This document shows positions 62,160 through 64,000 of a stretch of 64,000 nucleotides of DNA, in pieces. Position numbers and translations under genes: made by a program. The first letter of the stretch is position 1; every line of letters begins with the position of its first letter. Source of the DNA: Eledone cirrhosa (Eukaryota); NCBI GenBank assembly GCA_964016885.1, contig OZ024742.1, positions 336,412,001 to 336,476,000 of the forward strand, in the 5' to 3' direction. The notes under the pieces are model-generated. The model had not been told where the DNA came from and did not search any database. It saw only the letters and a list, made by a program, of their open reading frames with translations.

Positions 62160-62912
62160 CATATATATATACACCCACACACACATATATATATACGAAG
62201 ATACACACGTATGTATATATATATATATATATATATCGCGTGTGTGTGGGGAGAGAGAGAGAGAGGGAGAGATAGATAGAGAGGGAGAGATAGATAGAGA
62301 GGGAGAGAAAGTGAATGGATTGTAAAAACAAAATGTTTCTCTGAACTTAATTCTTTCTGACATTGGCACAAGTGAAGCAACTCGGGTGAAGGGGAAAGGG
62401 GAAAGGGGAAAGGGTGAAGGGGAAAGGGGAAAGGGGAAAGGCGATTATATCTATCATTGTACTTAACTGCTACTTTATTCTATCGATCCCCGTAAAGGAT
62501 GAAAGCCAAAGTTAACCTCGGCGGGATTTGAACTCTGAACTTAACAATACGCATGAAGTAAACATTATTGGTGTTGGTGTTGCAGTTGGTGTTGGTGTTG
62601 TTGGCGGTGTTGTTCTTAGTATTTCTGGTTGTAGAGATGGTTATAGTGGTAGTGTTTCTATTGTGGTGGTGGTGGTGGTGGTGGTGGTGGTGGTAGTGGG
62701 GATGGTGTCCTTGTTCGTAGTTATGGTGGTGGTCGTTATAATGGTCGTTGTCGTGGTTGTTGTTTTCCTTCTACTTGGTAGATGTGGAGGGAGCAATGCC
62801 GTTGATGCCCTGGAAAAAAGATGAGTAAGGTGGAGGTTCCAGAGGTTTGACATTCAGGGTTAGGTCAGAAAGAATTGGGGGATGTGGTTCCTACTGGGTC
62901 TCATAAACACAC

Positions 62913-62988
<76 letters not shown>

Positions 62989-63200
62989 GAAAAAATAACG
63001 AGGAAGTTTCTCATTTGTTCCTCTCTTTACGTTGCCTCACCATTCGTGTTTGTTTACCTGTGTCTCTTTCTCCACCCAACGCTTAATTTAGATATTGTAT
63101 TGCCCTAGCCGGAGGTATATAGTCTGTAATGCGAAGAAATACCTATGATGGCTCATCGACCACTGATGATGGATAGTCCTGGCTTCTATTTCTAATTCTT

Positions 63201-63236
<36 letters not shown>

Positions 63237-63377
63237 GAAGTAATTCCGTCGGAAAAGTCCAGGAAAAAAGAGTGCTCTATGTAAGCAACAGAGCTTAATT
63301 ATTATGCACGCACACACATGTGTATGGGGGAAATATATTTATATTTGTATACGCGTGCGTGCGTGCGCGCATACACA

Positions 63378-63433
<56 letters not shown>

Positions 63434-64000
63434 TATACATACACAGATTCTCATCTGTATTATAACCTTCATGCTCTGCGGTGTACTGAGTGCCTTGCTT
63501 ACTGTGGCTGCCTCCGATTCAACCCGGAATAACGTGTGTGTGTATGCGCGTGTGTGTATGTGTGTGTGTGTGAGTGTGTGTGTGTGTGTGTGTGTTTTCG
63601 TGTATGTGTGGTTGTATGGGTAGTCTTATTTTATTTTTATTTTTCCTTTCCTTCTTCCTTCTCCAGCCTCACTTTCATATAGCTTGCTTTTTTTGTTTTT
63701 AAGATCCAAATTCAATAAACAAACCAGGATTTTTTCATCCTGAGGATTGAAAGCAAAACCTTTTGCTTTTAAGAAACCACTGGTAAATGGAATAATTGCC
63801 TTATGTTGTTTATTACATAATAATATATATATATATATATATATATTCATACAATGGCCATTTAGTGTCAATATCTGGAATCGTGGATACTCATTAGGTG
63901 GTCAAAATAATATCGCTTACGTAAATATCACCTGGTGAAGATATCCGGCATTGCTTTATTGGTTAATGCAACACCAGATATTTTATGTCATCGAAAATAA

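Noticed and set aside
62770-62890. Minus-strand peptide EPHPPILSDLTLNVKPLEPPPYSSFFQG as a host terminal exon
   Set aside because: It is short, has a weak splice acceptor context, and shows no recognisable domain or partner exons. RNA-seq would be needed.

Overview
This is repeat-dense eukaryotic DNA with no recognisable host gene. The abundant (TA)n, (CA)n and (TATG)n microsatellites and the tRNA-headed SINE family suggest an octopus or other cephalopod genome, which is an inference. Bases 1-21.7 kb form a nearly uninterrupted array of retrotransposons inserted into one (TTA)n/(TAA)n microsatellite. It holds six minus-strand copies of two R4/Dong-type RT-RLE families (three with intact 1130-1216 aa ORFs), a plus-strand Tx1/L1-type APE-RT element and two SINEs. 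The rest contains other R4/Dong-like families and an RTE at (TATG)n tracts, further Tx1 and HERO-like relics, mariner-like MITEs and many SINEs. It also contains Penelope-like fragments in (TA)n that carry minimal type I hammerhead ribozyme motifs and long fold-back palindromes. The main themes are sorting of element families by microsatellite type, apparent LINE/SINE tail sharing, and a possible 5'-leader exchange between unrelated clades that share a target. All family assignments come from reading motifs by eye; no database searches were run.
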